64,000 nucleotides of DNA, taken from positions 37,469-101,468 of the IMG/VR virus record IMGVR_UViG_3300050013_000165; one strand, 5' to 3'. Numbering within the stretch: the first letter of the stretch is position 1; every line of letters starts with the position of its first letter. Source of the stretch: a virus. The translations under genes and the position numbers were made by a program. The notes under the pieces are model-generated. The model ran no database searches. It was not told the origin of the DNA and worked only from the letters and a program-made list of their open reading frames with translations. Below, piece after piece: positions 9,422-19,674 of the stretch.

Positions 9422-9603
9422 GTTTGTGGATTAGGTGCAAAATGGCCGGGGCTGTAATTTCGGCAGTACCCGAAGCCATCTATCGCGTTCATGTGAACGA
9501 GGGTAGTCGCAACAAACAGCCGCCAGAGTTGCACGGTCAGACCTATATGCAGATTCAGCAGGAACACCAAATGGAATACATGCGAATGTTCGGTCGAACA
9601 TGA
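9418..9603 (+). pseudogene. Displaced duplicate 3' end of the 8096-8755 glycosyltransferase
   Basis: LWIRCKMAGAVISAVPEAIYRVHVNEGSRNKQ aligns to LFIRLALAGAKIGKCPDAIYRVHVLPDSRNKQ. Confidence 0.8.
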
Positions 9604-10319
9604 TCTCGTTCCTGATCCCTTATCTCCCAAATGGTGACGAATACCGAGAACGTGCGTGCAAGTACATTTTGGGGGCGTTGGCAATCGATTGGCATGAGCC
9701 AGATGCCGAAATCATCATTGGAGGAATCGAGCCGTTTAATCGGTCGGCAGCGCGCAACCAGGCGGCAAAGCGTGCCGATGGGGACATTCTCGTTTTTGTC
9801 GATGCCGACTCTTTTGTTCCAAAGCATCAAATTCGTGAAGCCCTTTCTCTGGCCGAGGAACGAGGGTGGGCATTTCCTTACGATCACTATTGCTCTATGA
9901 CGGAGATGGGGACCGAGAACTTCATTGCTGGGGCTGCTCTTCCTGATCCATTGAGCTGGGGAACTGACATGTTTGATCGTGACTATTACGAGTTCATTTT
10001 TCCCTCGAAGGACACTCCTGAGCCCGCAGTCGGCGGGTGTGTTGTTGTGACTAGAGCTGCTTTCGAAACGGTAGGCGGATACGACGAGCGCTTCATTGGC
10101 TGGGGAGAAGAGGATCGAGCCTTCATGCTCGCATTAGACACGCTCGTGAATGCAGAGCATCGGGTGAGCGGCAACATCTTTCACCTATGGCACGAGCACC
10201 CCGAAGAGGAGTGTTTCGCTCAACCGAACTTCAGTGATAACCGGAAGCTCTGTAATCGCTACCGGGAAGCTTGCGGCAACCTTCAAATGATGCGGGAGTT
10301 GATCGCCGAACGAAACTGA
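9600..10319 (+). CDS. Glycosyltransferase (GT2/GT7C-like)
   Basis: FNRSAARN, FVDAD, GGYDERFIGWGEED, HLWH. Confidence 0.85.
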   Translation: MISFLIPYLPNGDEYRERACKYILGALAIDWHEPDAEIIIGGIEPFNRSAARNQAAKRADGDILVFVDADSFVPKHQIREALSLAEERGWAFPYDHYCSMTEMGTENFIAGAALPDPLSWGTDMFDRDYYEFIFPSKDTPEPAVGGCVVVTRAAFETVGGYDERFIGWGEEDRAFMLALDTLVNAEHRVSGNIFHLWHEHPEEECFAQPNFSDNRKLCNRYREACGNLQMMRELIAERN

Positions 10320-10385
10320 CTCGCTTTTGATTAGGGCCGTGCGGTACAACAGGCACAAAGCTCTGATCAAGAGGAGAGCCAGAAA

Positions 10386-10781
10386 ATGACAATTGCACCT
10401 TCGAACATTCCGCCGGAGCGGACGCCGCAGTCGTACCCGCGCTCAATGGGTCCCGACATGGCGGGTCGCACCGGTCCCTTGCGTTTCGAGGAGGGGCTTG
10501 CCACCGACACCGATGTGCCGGACTCGTACACCCACGGGATGCGGGACGGCTATGCGACCGGGCCTGGTTCACCGAACCACAACAACCCCGACTCGCAGTA
10601 CAAGCACGCCGACGAGACAATGGCCGAGCGTGCCCACGTCGGTTCGGCTTCATGGACGGACGCCCCGAGCATGCTCCGGTCGTTCGTTGATGGCGTCACC
10701 GAGCCCCCGGTCACCTTCCCCGACGTCATGCGCTCAGGCAGTCGCTATGAGCGAATGAGTCCAGAAACGGTGACGGACTAA
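10386..10781 (+). CDS. Conserved hypothetical phage protein
   Basis: AGGAG RBS; GPLRFEEGLATDTDVP motif. Confidence 0.65.
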   Translation: MTIAPSNIPPERTPQSYPRSMGPDMAGRTGPLRFEEGLATDTDVPDSYTHGMRDGYATGPGSPNHNNPDSQYKHADETMAERAHVGSASWTDAPSMLRSFVDGVTEPPVTFPDVMRSGSRYERMSPETVTD

Positions 10782-10801
10782 ATTTAGCCCTCGGGCTAAA
10801 T
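10782..10801 (+). terminator. Hairpin, putative terminator
   Basis: ATTTAGCCC-TC-GGGCTAAAT right after the stop, followed by a U-rich tract. Confidence 0.5.
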
Positions 10802-10893
10802 GCTTCTTGTAGTTGTGCATTTCAATCGGAGAACGAATCGTGCTCCCAGGTAATGGCTGGGATTCCTTATGACTCTCACAGGAGGAGAGATAT

Positions 10894-11529
10894 ATGTCCG
10901 GCCTTTATCCGAGCACCGTTCTTGTCGAACGATTTCTTGCATCCGTTTCCGCGGAAACGATGGCTCAGAAGTTCATTGCTCCGTGTGACCTCGAAATCCT
11001 CGGGATGCTTCTTGTCCTTGGGACTGCCGCAGGTGCTGGCGACGGCGTAACCGTCAATGTCAGCAACAACCCGGTGGCTCAGGCCAACGTCGCCAGCACG
11101 CAGTTGTCTCCTAACCCCTACAACCTTTGGACGGCAGCAAACGTCCCCTCGGTTGCGGGTTCGGCGACGAGCAACATCACGTCGGGAACGATCACCACGA
11201 ACGCCTACTTGGGAGCGTTGCTTGAAAACAAGCCTTACGCTCTCGAATACCCGTTCCCTGGTCCGCCGGGAACCGTTGGGTTCGAGACGGCGCAACAGAC
11301 GTCGCAAATCACGTCGGCTCCGGTGACGACTCCTCCGACGATTGTCAAGTTCGGCATCACGGCGGGGCTCGTTGCTCCCGACAACACCTACACTGACGCG
11401 AACGGCTTCACAAGCACGCCAACGTCAACGGTGCACGAAGGTGACATTCTCTCCTTCGTGATCGGTGCCATCAGTTCCGTCGGGGCTGCCGCCAACTTGG
11501 AGATCGTGCTCTACGGCCAAGTTCGGTAA
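10894..11529 (+). CDS. Putative virion structural protein
   Basis: AGGAGG RBS; S/T/A/G-rich beta-type composition. Confidence 0.55.
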   Translation: MSGLYPSTVLVERFLASVSAETMAQKFIAPCDLEILGMLLVLGTAAGAGDGVTVNVSNNPVAQANVASTQLSPNPYNLWTAANVPSVAGSATSNITSGTITTNAYLGALLENKPYALEYPFPGPPGTVGFETAQQTSQITSAPVTTPPTIVKFGITAGLVAPDNTYTDANGFTSTPTSTVHEGDILSFVIGAISSVGAAANLEIVLYGQVR

Positions 11530-11780
11530 TGAACCAAGAAGACGCTCGACTGCCGCAACGGCCTAGAGCTATTCAGGTTTGCGGTGTGTGTAATCCTCCA
11601 TTTCGGACTCTTTCGAAATCCGAAATGGAGGATCACATCGAGAATTACCACGGCACGAATTGGGCTCCTGGCTCCCTGGTGCGTTCCAAAGATCAGTTGG
11701 AATTCCGACCACATCTGATGGACACACCTTGGGGCTCAGAGTTCAAGGAAGGACCGCTGAATCGTCGAAGGAGACGGTAA
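11529..11780 (+). CDS. Small C2H2-like Zn-finger protein
   Basis: CGVC..HIENYH. Confidence 0.5.
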   Translation: MNQEDARLPQRPRAIQVCGVCNPPFRTLSKSEMEDHIENYHGTNWAPGSLVRSKDQLEFRPHLMDTPWGSEFKEGPLNRRRRR

Positions 11781-12635
11781 ATGTCAATTGTCAATTTGCG
11801 TGGTATCGATGCAGCAGGCCACCCATCCGCAGCAGCAGTAAAGGCCGCAGGGTGCAATGTGGTTGGCTTCTATTTGACCGGTAAGTTCGCTCCGACGTCC
11901 GCACTGATCGAGAGCTACTTGGCCGCTGGGCTCGGGTTGATATCGATCTTCGAGACCGGCGCACAGAACGCTCTCGGCGCAGCCGCACAAGCCACGACCG
12001 ATGCTCACGCCGCATTAGCTGCAATGGCGTCCTTCAAGCAGCCCACGGGAACCGCAGCCGTCTTCACAGTGGACTTCGACCCGACCGCTGCGCAACTCGC
12101 TGCTGTTGGTGAGTACGCCCAAACTTTCGCTGGCTTTTTGCGCGCAGCCAAGAACCTCGTCACCGGTTACGGAGGGACGGCCACTCTTCAAGAAGTAGTG
12201 AGCCGTGTTGATTACACCTGGCAAGCAGCCGGTTGGTCAAATGGTGTGCTCTTCCCCGCAAACATTCGCCAGGAGATCACGCAAATCACTGTTGGTGGCG
12301 TGCAGTGCGACCAAGACGCCATCCTGAAGCTCCCGTTTGGTGCGTGGTGTTCGAAGGGCGTTTATCCACCGACGCCGGTTCCAATGACTGCCGACGAATA
12401 CTGCACCGTGCACGGCATGGTCATTATCGATTACGCCGAAGCAGAGATGTGCGTGTTTCCGGCAAAGCGAACGACGGCAAAAGGTAAGGCGTTGCCGGAG
12501 ATCGGCTGGTATCAGTGGAACAATACGACCCACGACATGATGCCGCACAGTGATGCCAACATCCCAAAGACAGGGACCCTTTATGCATTCAAGGCAAATT
12601 TGGACGCAGCGGTCATTCCGCACGCCGGGACATGA
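11781..12635 (+). CDS. Endolysin, DUF1906 (Rv2525c-like GH25-fold) glycoside hydrolase
   Basis: GID, GFYL, SIFE, FTVDFD, GYGG, WQAAGWS motifs. Confidence 0.75.
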   Translation: MSIVNLRGIDAAGHPSAAAVKAAGCNVVGFYLTGKFAPTSALIESYLAAGLGLISIFETGAQNALGAAAQATTDAHAALAAMASFKQPTGTAAVFTVDFDPTAAQLAAVGEYAQTFAGFLRAAKNLVTGYGGTATLQEVVSRVDYTWQAAGWSNGVLFPANIRQEITQITVGGVQCDQDAILKLPFGAWCSKGVYPPTPVPMTADEYCTVHGMVIIDYAEAEMCVFPAKRTTAKGKALPEIGWYQWNNTTHDMMPHSDANIPKTGTLYAFKANLDAAVIPHAGT

Positions 12636-13124
12636 TTGGAGATGTTTGCTGTTACAGGGCCGTTGGTAGGGAACGACTCGGGGACAATAATTCTCGTGGT
12701 TGTGTGTTCTCTTATTTCTGGATTAGGCGCTACAGGGATAAGTGCCTTGGTTCACCGTCGCTCTGATGATCAGGCCAATCAAAGGTTCAATGCTGAACTG
12801 CGCGGGCGCAAGGACGTCCCAGGACTCCCCGACGAGGAGAGCATTATCGAGCGCATAGCGAGCGTTGAGAAGATGCTGAAACCTGGAACGAACGGGGTTA
12901 GGACTCTGTATGACAAGGTTGATTCCATCGAGAAGGTGACAGCGGCTGCCGGTTTGGGAGCAGAGCACGCAGCCCAAGCAGTTACCGAGGCTGCAATGCA
13001 TGCAGCTATGCGAGTTGAAGCCGTTGCCGAGGCGGCAGCCCGACGACTTGATGATGCAGCACAAGCTGCGGCGACTCGACTAGCAGATGCTGAGACAAAA
13101 AAAACTGAAACTGAAAGGGATTGA
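12636..13124 (+). CDS. Membrane protein in the lysis cassette
   Basis: N-terminal TM plus Ala-rich coiled coil. Confidence 0.5.
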   Translation: MEMFAVTGPLVGNDSGTIILVVVCSLISGLGATGISALVHRRSDDQANQRFNAELRGRKDVPGLPDEESIIERIASVEKMLKPGTNGVRTLYDKVDSIEKVTAAAGLGAEHAAQAVTEAAMHAAMRVEAVAEAAARRLDDAAQAAATRLADAETKKTETERD

Positions 13125-13128
13125 ATAA

Positions 13129-13317
13129 ATGGGACCAGTGAGCGCAGTTGCAATTTTCATCTTTTTGTTTCTCTATGGCCTGAATGAAGGCAAATGGATT
13201 ACGGCCAGCGGCAGATTGCTCGGCGTTATTGCGATCATTGTTGGACTCGTGATCTTGATTGACACGTTCTGGTATCAGTCGAGTGCTCGTTGGGCTGCAA
13301 GACATCCCAACGGCTAA
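13129..13317 (+). CDS. Small 2-TM protein, possible holin
   Basis: Two TM helices; adjacent to the lysin. Confidence 0.5.
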   Translation: MGPVSAVAIFIFLFLYGLNEGKWITASGRLLGVIAIIVGLVILIDTFWYQSSARWAARHPNG

Positions 13318-13369
13318 TGTCGGGAAAGTGACTAACCAGTTCTAATCGCCTCTTGTTACCTTTGATGGC

Positions 13370-14083
13370 GTGTCTGAGCAGCAAGCATTCTTCGATCCAA
13401 AGAAGCTCAATCCTCATCAGTTTGAGCCTGTCGGCAGTGCTCTTGAAGGAGCATCGCAGTACACACACGGGCGACACACGATTGAGGGATTAGACGACCG
13501 CATCAATGACCGGCACGCCGGTTACCGGACCCAGCTTGATTATCGCATGGCCGAGAAGCAGCCCGAGTCACCAAACATTCGCCGGAGTTATGGCGCATTT
13601 CGAGGTGCGGTCAACAAGCAATACGACTTCATGACAAAGCCTCGCGAAGAAGGCGGCATGGGACTCCGTCACGAAGCGGTCAATTTTGACCCATATGAGC
13701 CTAGCGCTGAGGGTGCGAAGGCAATGGGCGAGGATGTCAAGCGTGGTGTAATTCGCACGCACGCCACGACTCCTGAAGAGTCGCACGCCTATTTGAGCCC
13801 CGAGGAGAACGACAAGTTCCGAGCGGTGCACGACGTCTTCGGTCACGCAGCCACCGGTCGTGGGTTTGATCGTTATGGCGAAGACGTTGCGTACCTCAGT
13901 CACCGGCAGATGTTTCCGAAGAAGGCTGTTCAAGCACTCACCTCAGAGACTCGCGGGCAGAACACCTATTTGAATTACGGACCTGGGGGACACGGGGCAG
14001 GAACTTTCCCCGATCAGTCCAACAAGCTCATCGGGCTTCCTGCTCGGGCTAGTCGTGTCCGGCGTCCACGGAGAAGTGTGTAA
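13370..14083 (+). CDS. Conserved phage protein with RAVHDxFGH (zincin-like) motif
   Basis: NDKFRAVHDVFGHA...ALTSETRGQN. Confidence 0.6.
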   Translation: MSEQQAFFDPKKLNPHQFEPVGSALEGASQYTHGRHTIEGLDDRINDRHAGYRTQLDYRMAEKQPESPNIRRSYGAFRGAVNKQYDFMTKPREEGGMGLRHEAVNFDPYEPSAEGAKAMGEDVKRGVIRTHATTPEESHAYLSPEENDKFRAVHDVFGHAATGRGFDRYGEDVAYLSHRQMFPKKAVQALTSETRGQNTYLNYGPGGHGAGTFPDQSNKLIGLPARASRVRRPRRSV

Positions 14084-15841
14084 ATGGCGATTAGCTTCGT
14101 TTCTAATTCTTACCGAGCGTCGTCATCAGACCTCACGATTGCGATTAGTCCGCTCGGGCTCGTTGAGCTTGCCGACGAAGAGTTCGAGGTTCACGGGCCA
14201 CGCCTCAATCGGTACGCATCCAACTGGGCCTTCTACCTTGGGCACCACTGGTCGTATCGGCGCGAGATCGGCGAGCCCCAACTCACGTTCAACTGGTGTA
14301 AGACGTTCAGTGATTACCTCACGAACTTCGCACTCACCAACGGAGTCAATTTCTCGTCCCCCGAAGCGACGTCGGCGATTGTGCCGGAGCTGTTGCGCCA
14401 GGTTTGGGAAGAGCACCAGCCAATGGGCAAGATGGCTGTGATGTGGGAGATCATGCAGCAAGGCTCGGTCTCCGGCGACTCGTTTGTCAAGGTTGCATTT
14501 GAAGAGGCCTACGACGACCCGGCGGGCAACTTCCACCCACCGAAGATTCGCATCCTTCCGCTCAACAGTGCCTTCTGTTTTCCTGAGTACCACCCCCACG
14601 ACATGTCGCGCCTAATCCGCTTCAAGATGAAGTACCGCTTTTGGGGAACGGCGCTCGAAGGCACTCGACAGGTGTTCTCATATACCGAGCTTTGGACTGA
14701 AGACGCCTTCCAGTCGTTCATCAATGATGAGCTAATCGAGAGCCAAGAAAACCCGCTCGGGGTAATCCCGTTCATCCATGTCTCGAACACGAAGGTGCCG
14801 TCGTCGCCGTGGGGCTTGTCTGACATTCAAGACGTCACGGACCTCAACCGGCAGTACAACGAGACGGCCACATTGATTACTGACATCGTGAACTACTACG
14901 CATCGCCGGTCACGATCATTACCGGCGCGAAATCGAACAACCTCGAACGCGGCCCCCGCAAGGTATGGGCAATTCCGAATAAGGATGCTCGTGTTGCCAA
15001 CCTCGAAATTAACTCACAGCTCGATGGACCTTTGAAGTTCCTCGAAACGCTGAAAGAGAAGATGCACGAGATTGTCAACATTCCGATGAATGCTTTTGGG
15101 CAGGAGTTGCAGATCAGCAACACCTCGGGCGTCGCACTTCAAATCACGTTGCTGCCATTGATGCAGAAGTTCCGACAGAAGTCGATTCAGTACGAGTCGG
15201 GGCTTGTTCGAGTTAATGAGCTAATCATCCGTGTCGCTTCGGTCTATATGCCGGAGCTTTTGCAGTTCGATCCATCTCGGGATGTCTTGCCTGAACCCGG
15301 TCAGCTTTCCGTGCTCGATCCGCTTGATCCTTTGACGTTTCGAAATAGTGTCGAATTTGCCAACCCGATGCCCATTGACAAGACGTTGGCTCTTCAGGAA
15401 ATCCAAATGGAGATGGCACTCGGGCTCTTGTCGAAGCGTGGCGCTCTTCGCCGTCTTGGCGAGGCTTACCCCGCAGAAAAGCTCGAAGAGCTGTATAACG
15501 AATTGCACCTCGACCAACTCGAACAAGGTGCGCTCGATTTGCAAAGCGCACAGCTTCAGGTACTCATTCCGTTTCTCACCGGCATTTCCCCGACAACTGG
15601 GGAGCCGGTTGGAGAGGAAGGAGGGTCCGCATCTACGACCAGTGCCGGTCCTGCTGTTCAGTCTGCCGGTGGCCCAGGTGTCAACACGGCGACTGCAACA
15701 CAACCAGGCTCGGCGATGCCAAACATTTTCGACAATCCAGAGACGAAGGATTTGCTCACTCGGCTCTCCACACTGGCGGCGGGAACCAAAGTTCCGCAAG
15801 TTCGGAATCCACTTCATGATCCAGAGGACGACAATTCCTGA
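14084..15841 (+). CDS. Portal protein (SPP1 gp6-like)
   Basis: 585 aa; NPLGVIPFIH, WGLSDI, SNTSGVAL motifs; upstream of scaffold and capsid. Confidence 0.85.
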   Translation: MAISFVSNSYRASSSDLTIAISPLGLVELADEEFEVHGPRLNRYASNWAFYLGHHWSYRREIGEPQLTFNWCKTFSDYLTNFALTNGVNFSSPEATSAIVPELLRQVWEEHQPMGKMAVMWEIMQQGSVSGDSFVKVAFEEAYDDPAGNFHPPKIRILPLNSAFCFPEYHPHDMSRLIRFKMKYRFWGTALEGTRQVFSYTELWTEDAFQSFINDELIESQENPLGVIPFIHVSNTKVPSSPWGLSDIQDVTDLNRQYNETATLITDIVNYYASPVTIITGAKSNNLERGPRKVWAIPNKDARVANLEINSQLDGPLKFLETLKEKMHEIVNIPMNAFGQELQISNTSGVALQITLLPLMQKFRQKSIQYESGLVRVNELIIRVASVYMPELLQFDPSRDVLPEPGQLSVLDPLDPLTFRNSVEFANPMPIDKTLALQEIQMEMALGLLSKRGALRRLGEAYPAEKLEELYNELHLDQLEQGALDLQSAQLQVLIPFLTGISPTTGEPVGEEGGSASTTSAGPAVQSAGGPGVNTATATQPGSAMPNIFDNPETKDLLTRLSTLAAGTKVPQVRNPLHDPEDDNS

Positions 15842-16401
15842 TGGCATTGACGTCAGTTGAAAGACGACGGCTGTACGTCCAACGCCATCCCGAACGTGTT
15901 GCTGCTTCCAAGAAGTCCTATGGCGCAACCGAACGAGGCAAGACGACAAAGAGGAATTACAACCGTCGATATTACGAAGAGCATGGCGAAGAAATTCGCT
16001 CCCAGGCGAGAGATTGGTGTAAACAAAATCTTGATCGCAAGCGGCAACTGAACCATGTTTGGCGTGATGCCAATAGAGAGCATTACAACGACACCCAGCG
16101 AAGTTGGTATAAGACCAATCGAGAACAAAACCTATTGCAGCGCCGTGCTTACGACGCTCTGGTTGCAGCCCAAAGGCGTGCTCGAAAGCGTGGGGCTCAA
16201 ATTGGTGCGGTCACTATCGAGCTTCTTCAGGAGAAGTGGAATTATTGGTTTGGGCGTTGCTGGATGTGCGGAAAACAAGCTGAAGCTTGGGATCACGTAA
16301 AACCTCTAGCTAAGGGCGGTGCTCATTGCCTCGCAAACCTTCGTCCGGCATGCAAACCATGCAACAGCCGAAAACGAGATCGTTGGCCGTTTCGTAACTG
16401 A
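15841..16401 (+). mobile_element. HNH endonuclease
   Basis: CWMCG..WDHVKPLAKGGAHCLANLRPACKPCNSRK. Confidence 0.85.
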
Positions 16402-16482
16402 CTTCCGGTCGGCATTAGCCATTAACTACTGTCGCCGACGTAACACTGTGGCCTTAATCGGAGAATTAGAAGGAGAGTTGTA

Positions 16483-17286
16483 ATGACACTCGATCCAGCA
16501 GCGGTAGTTCCTGGCGGAACTCCGCTTCACCTCCACATCGACCCGCGTGCTTCCGCAGTGCCGGATGGCTATATGTCAGCAGCGCAGGTCGAAGAGCTGC
16601 TAAATCGTGAGCGCGAGCGCGTTCGTCAGGAAGAGAAGAACAAGCTCTACCCTGAACTTGAACAGGTTCGAACCGAATTTCGTTCAGCGCAAGAGACGCT
16701 TGCAACGCTCACGACTGAGCGAGAGCAGCAGATCGCCGAGCAGACTCGGATTGCCCAGGAAGCCGAAGCGGAAGCCGAGCGCCTTCGGCAAGAAGGACTC
16801 AGTGCAAACCAGCGCCTCGAAGAGTATCAATCTTCGATGGATCAACGATTTGCCCAAATCGAAGCCGAGCGTTCCGCCGAGCGAGCATTACTCGCAAAGG
16901 AATCGCGTTTGCGTGAACTCGACAACTACGCATCACGGCGTGTGCAAGAAGTGACGCAGGCGGAAGAGATCATGCCGGAACTTGCCACCTTCATTCGTGG
17001 GAACAACGAAGACGAGATTGAGCAGAACATCGAAATCGCCAAGGCGAAGAGCGCCGAAATCGCAGCTCAGATCAGTGCGCGGTTCAACAGTGCGCCTCCA
17101 CGTCGAGTGATGATGCCTCCGACCGGAGCGCCGCCCATCGACGTCGCCGCCTTCACCGGCAACGACCGTCAAATCACTGCACAAGAGATCGCCGACATGC
17201 CGATGGAGGATTACCGGCAAATGCGGGGGGCTCTTCTCGGTGCCGCAAGCGAGCGTGTTCGCACTCTTGGGGCGTATGCGCCGTAA
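16483..17286 (+). CDS. Capsid scaffolding protein
   Basis: E/Q/R coiled coil directly upstream of the MCP. Confidence 0.75.
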   Translation: MTLDPAAVVPGGTPLHLHIDPRASAVPDGYMSAAQVEELLNRERERVRQEEKNKLYPELEQVRTEFRSAQETLATLTTEREQQIAEQTRIAQEAEAEAERLRQEGLSANQRLEEYQSSMDQRFAQIEAERSAERALLAKESRLRELDNYASRRVQEVTQAEEIMPELATFIRGNNEDEIEQNIEIAKAKSAEIAAQISARFNSAPPRRVMMPPTGAPPIDVAAFTGNDRQITAQEIADMPMEDYRQMRGALLGAASERVRTLGAYAP

Positions 17287-17420
17287 TAGTGCCTTGCATT
17301 GCATTAGTGAAATGCACTTTGATGTTTGATTAGCGGATTTTCTTTTGTAGAACCAAATCGTGGCTGCCAGAGTCAGGCATTAGAGGCTCGAATCATTATT
17401 GAGTAAAGGAGACTCAAAGC

Positions 17421-18413
17421 ATGGCCTCTGCAATTACCGGCTCGCCTTATCTGGCCGCTTCGCCGACTGGATATGCGGGCGCAAACTCAACGCTTGGGCA
17501 GGCAATCCAGACGATTTGGTCCAAGGAAATCCTGTTCCAGGCAATGCCCATTCTGCGCTTCGAGCAGTTTGCGGTCAAAAAGACGGAGCTTGGTGTTCAG
17601 CCTGGTCTGACCATCAACTTCATGCGATACAACAACCTGCCAAATGCTTCGCAGTTGGTGGAAGGTGTTCGCATGCAGACCGTCGCTTTGACGGCGAGCC
17701 AGTTCTCGATCACGGTTGCAGAACAGGGCTTCGCTGTGTCGGTCACGGAGCTGTTGCTCAATGCCTCGTTCGACGACGTCATGGCTTCGGCCTCCCGTCT
17801 GCTCGGACGAAACATGGCGCAGTACCTCGACTACAGCGCTCGGAACACACTGCTTTTGGCGTCGTCAGTGATCTTCGGATACAACTACCTCGCCACCGAC
17901 AACCCGCGGACCACGCAGTCGCCGTATGACCACGGCTCCGCTGCAACGTCCACCAACGGGTTGACGGGGAACTACTACTTCACCCCGGCTTTGGTGAAGG
18001 ATGCAGTATTGACCCTTGCTTCGAAGAACGTTCCTCGCCTCGGTGAGACCTACGTCTGCTTCGTGGCACCGACCCAGTCCCGAGAGCTTCGAGACTGCCC
18101 TGAGTTCATCGAGGTTACGAAGTACGCCGCCCCCGGCAACTTCGCCCTTGGCGAGATCGGTCGGCTTTGGGACTGCGTGTTCATTGAGACCACGCAGGTC
18201 AACCAAGCGCAGACCACGGCCGCTACTCCGGCCACGTACTACCAGGCGATCTTCATCGGCGACAATGCTTTCGGGCATGCGATTTCGTTGCCGGTCGAGC
18301 TTCGTGACGGTGGCGTTCTCGACTTCGGTCGAGAGCACGCTCTGGCATGGTACGCGATTTGGGGTCTTGGATTGATTACAGATTGGTCGGTCGTGATCGC
18401 AAATACCAACTAG
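17421..18413 (+). CDS. Major capsid protein (N4-gp56 family)
   Basis: IWSKEILFQAMPILRFEQFA, GEIGRL, DFGREHALAWY motifs; AAAGGAG RBS. Confidence 0.9.
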   Translation: MASAITGSPYLAASPTGYAGANSTLGQAIQTIWSKEILFQAMPILRFEQFAVKKTELGVQPGLTINFMRYNNLPNASQLVEGVRMQTVALTASQFSITVAEQGFAVSVTELLLNASFDDVMASASRLLGRNMAQYLDYSARNTLLLASSVIFGYNYLATDNPRTTQSPYDHGSAATSTNGLTGNYYFTPALVKDAVLTLASKNVPRLGETYVCFVAPTQSRELRDCPEFIEVTKYAAPGNFALGEIGRLWDCVFIETTQVNQAQTTAATPATYYQAIFIGDNAFGHAISLPVELRDGGVLDFGREHALAWYAIWGLGLITDWSVVIANTN

Positions 18414-18447
18414 TTGAACTCCCCAGTAGTTGTGTTAAACTGCTGGG
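18414..18447 (+). promoter_or_regulatory. Sigma70-like promoter embedded in a hairpin, leaderless start of the HEG
   Basis: TTGAAC-16-TAAACT-6-ATG; CCCAGTAGTT/AACTGCTGGG stem. Confidence 0.55.
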
Positions 18448-19191
18448 ATGACAATCAGAACGTGTGCTCTGTGCCCAGCACAGAAAGCTCCATACAAACA
18501 TCCAGAAGACCCTGAGCTTCGTATCTGTCAGGCGTGCAAGCGTCGATTAGAACGACAAGCTCGGGGTCTTTTGCTGCCAGGACCAAAGCCTGATCCAACA
18601 CGACCAAGGTCACGATATGGAACACAACGGGAAGGAAGCCCAAATCGAATATCACGTCGTCAATTTGCGACTGAAACTCGCTGTGCCAACAATCACCTGT
18701 TTACCAATGAGAGCACGTATTGGCGCAAAGACCCAAATGATGGAGTAGAGCGTCGAATCTGCCGAATTTGTTTGCGAGCAGCACAGCGCAAATCAAAAGG
18801 GCTTCCAGCAATTCCAGATGACACTCCGTTTGGACCACGCAATAAAGACAAGACGCATTGTCCACAAAATCATGAGTACACGCCAGAGAACACTTACACC
18901 TATAAGAGCGGTCTTCGTCGATGCCGAAAATGTATGCGAGCGCAGCAAATACGACACGATTATGGGATTGAGCCGGAGCAGTTTGACTTTTTTATCGAGA
19001 AGCAAGGAAATGCTTGTGCGATTTGTGAGCGGTCGTTTGAGGTGGAAACACCGCACGTTGACCACGATCACGCTGACGGGCATGTACGAGGCATTCTCTG
19101 TCGTCCTTGTAACTCGGGCCTCGGGTTCTTTGAGGATTCCCTGACGATGCTCAGGCGGGCCGTTCGCTACTTGGATAGGATTTCAGCATGA
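18448..19191 (+). mobile_element. Endonuclease VII-family homing endonuclease with Zn-ribbon repeats
   Basis: THCPQNHEYTPENTY repeats; CAIC..HVDHDH..VRGILCRPCN. Confidence 0.85.
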
Positions 19192-19610
19192 GCAGGATTT
19201 CACCGCAGGCTCAACGACTAAAGGACGCCGCCGCCAATGTCACCGGCCACCCAAAAAGCTTTTTTACGGTTCGCACCGAGAAGAACCGTTATGGCGAATA
19301 CGGTGATGCTCATCTCGATTTGAACATCCGAAATATCGTTCGAAAAGGAAATGGGCTGACGCATAGAGATGTTCACGAGAATCTTGCGGATCACGCCGAT
19401 GATCTTGCAAAGCAAGGCTTGACCGTGAATGTGATTCACTCTTTGGACGGTCGCCGGAGCACCCATGTCTCGTCTACTCACAACCCTCGGCAAGAGGTGG
19501 CGGAATATCAAAATGGCAAGTGGAACACCCGTTCTCTGTTTCACGACCGTCGTCAATTGAGCGCCCAGGAACTTCGAACACTTCAAAAGCCGGATTCGGA
19601 GTGGAACTAA
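19188..19610 (+). CDS. Hypothetical cargo gene inside the endonuclease cassette
   Basis: ATGA-coupled; its stop abuts the duplicated MCP end. Confidence 0.6.
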   Translation: MSRISPQAQRLKDAAANVTGHPKSFFTVRTEKNRYGEYGDAHLDLNIRNIVRKGNGLTHRDVHENLADHADDLAKQGLTVNVIHSLDGRRSTHVSSTHNPRQEVAEYQNGKWNTRSLFHDRRQLSAQELRTLQKPDSEWN

Positions 19611-19645
19611 CCGACTGGTCGGTGGTTGTGGCGAATACGAACTAA
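19610..19645 (+). repeat. Displaced duplicate of the last 11 MCP codons
   Basis: acc gac tgg tcg gtg gtt gtg gcg aat acg aac taa = TDWSVVVANTN* vs MCP TDWSVVIANTN* (18378-18413). Confidence 0.85.
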
Positions 19646-19674
19646 CGTCTCCAATCGAGACGTCTGCAAGGCTG

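Noticed and set aside
15841-16401. 3'-end duplication for this HNH, the HNH-AP2 (24350) and the LAGLIDADG (63482)
   Set aside because: No duplicate of the upstream gene's terminus could be found, so they are not counted in that pattern
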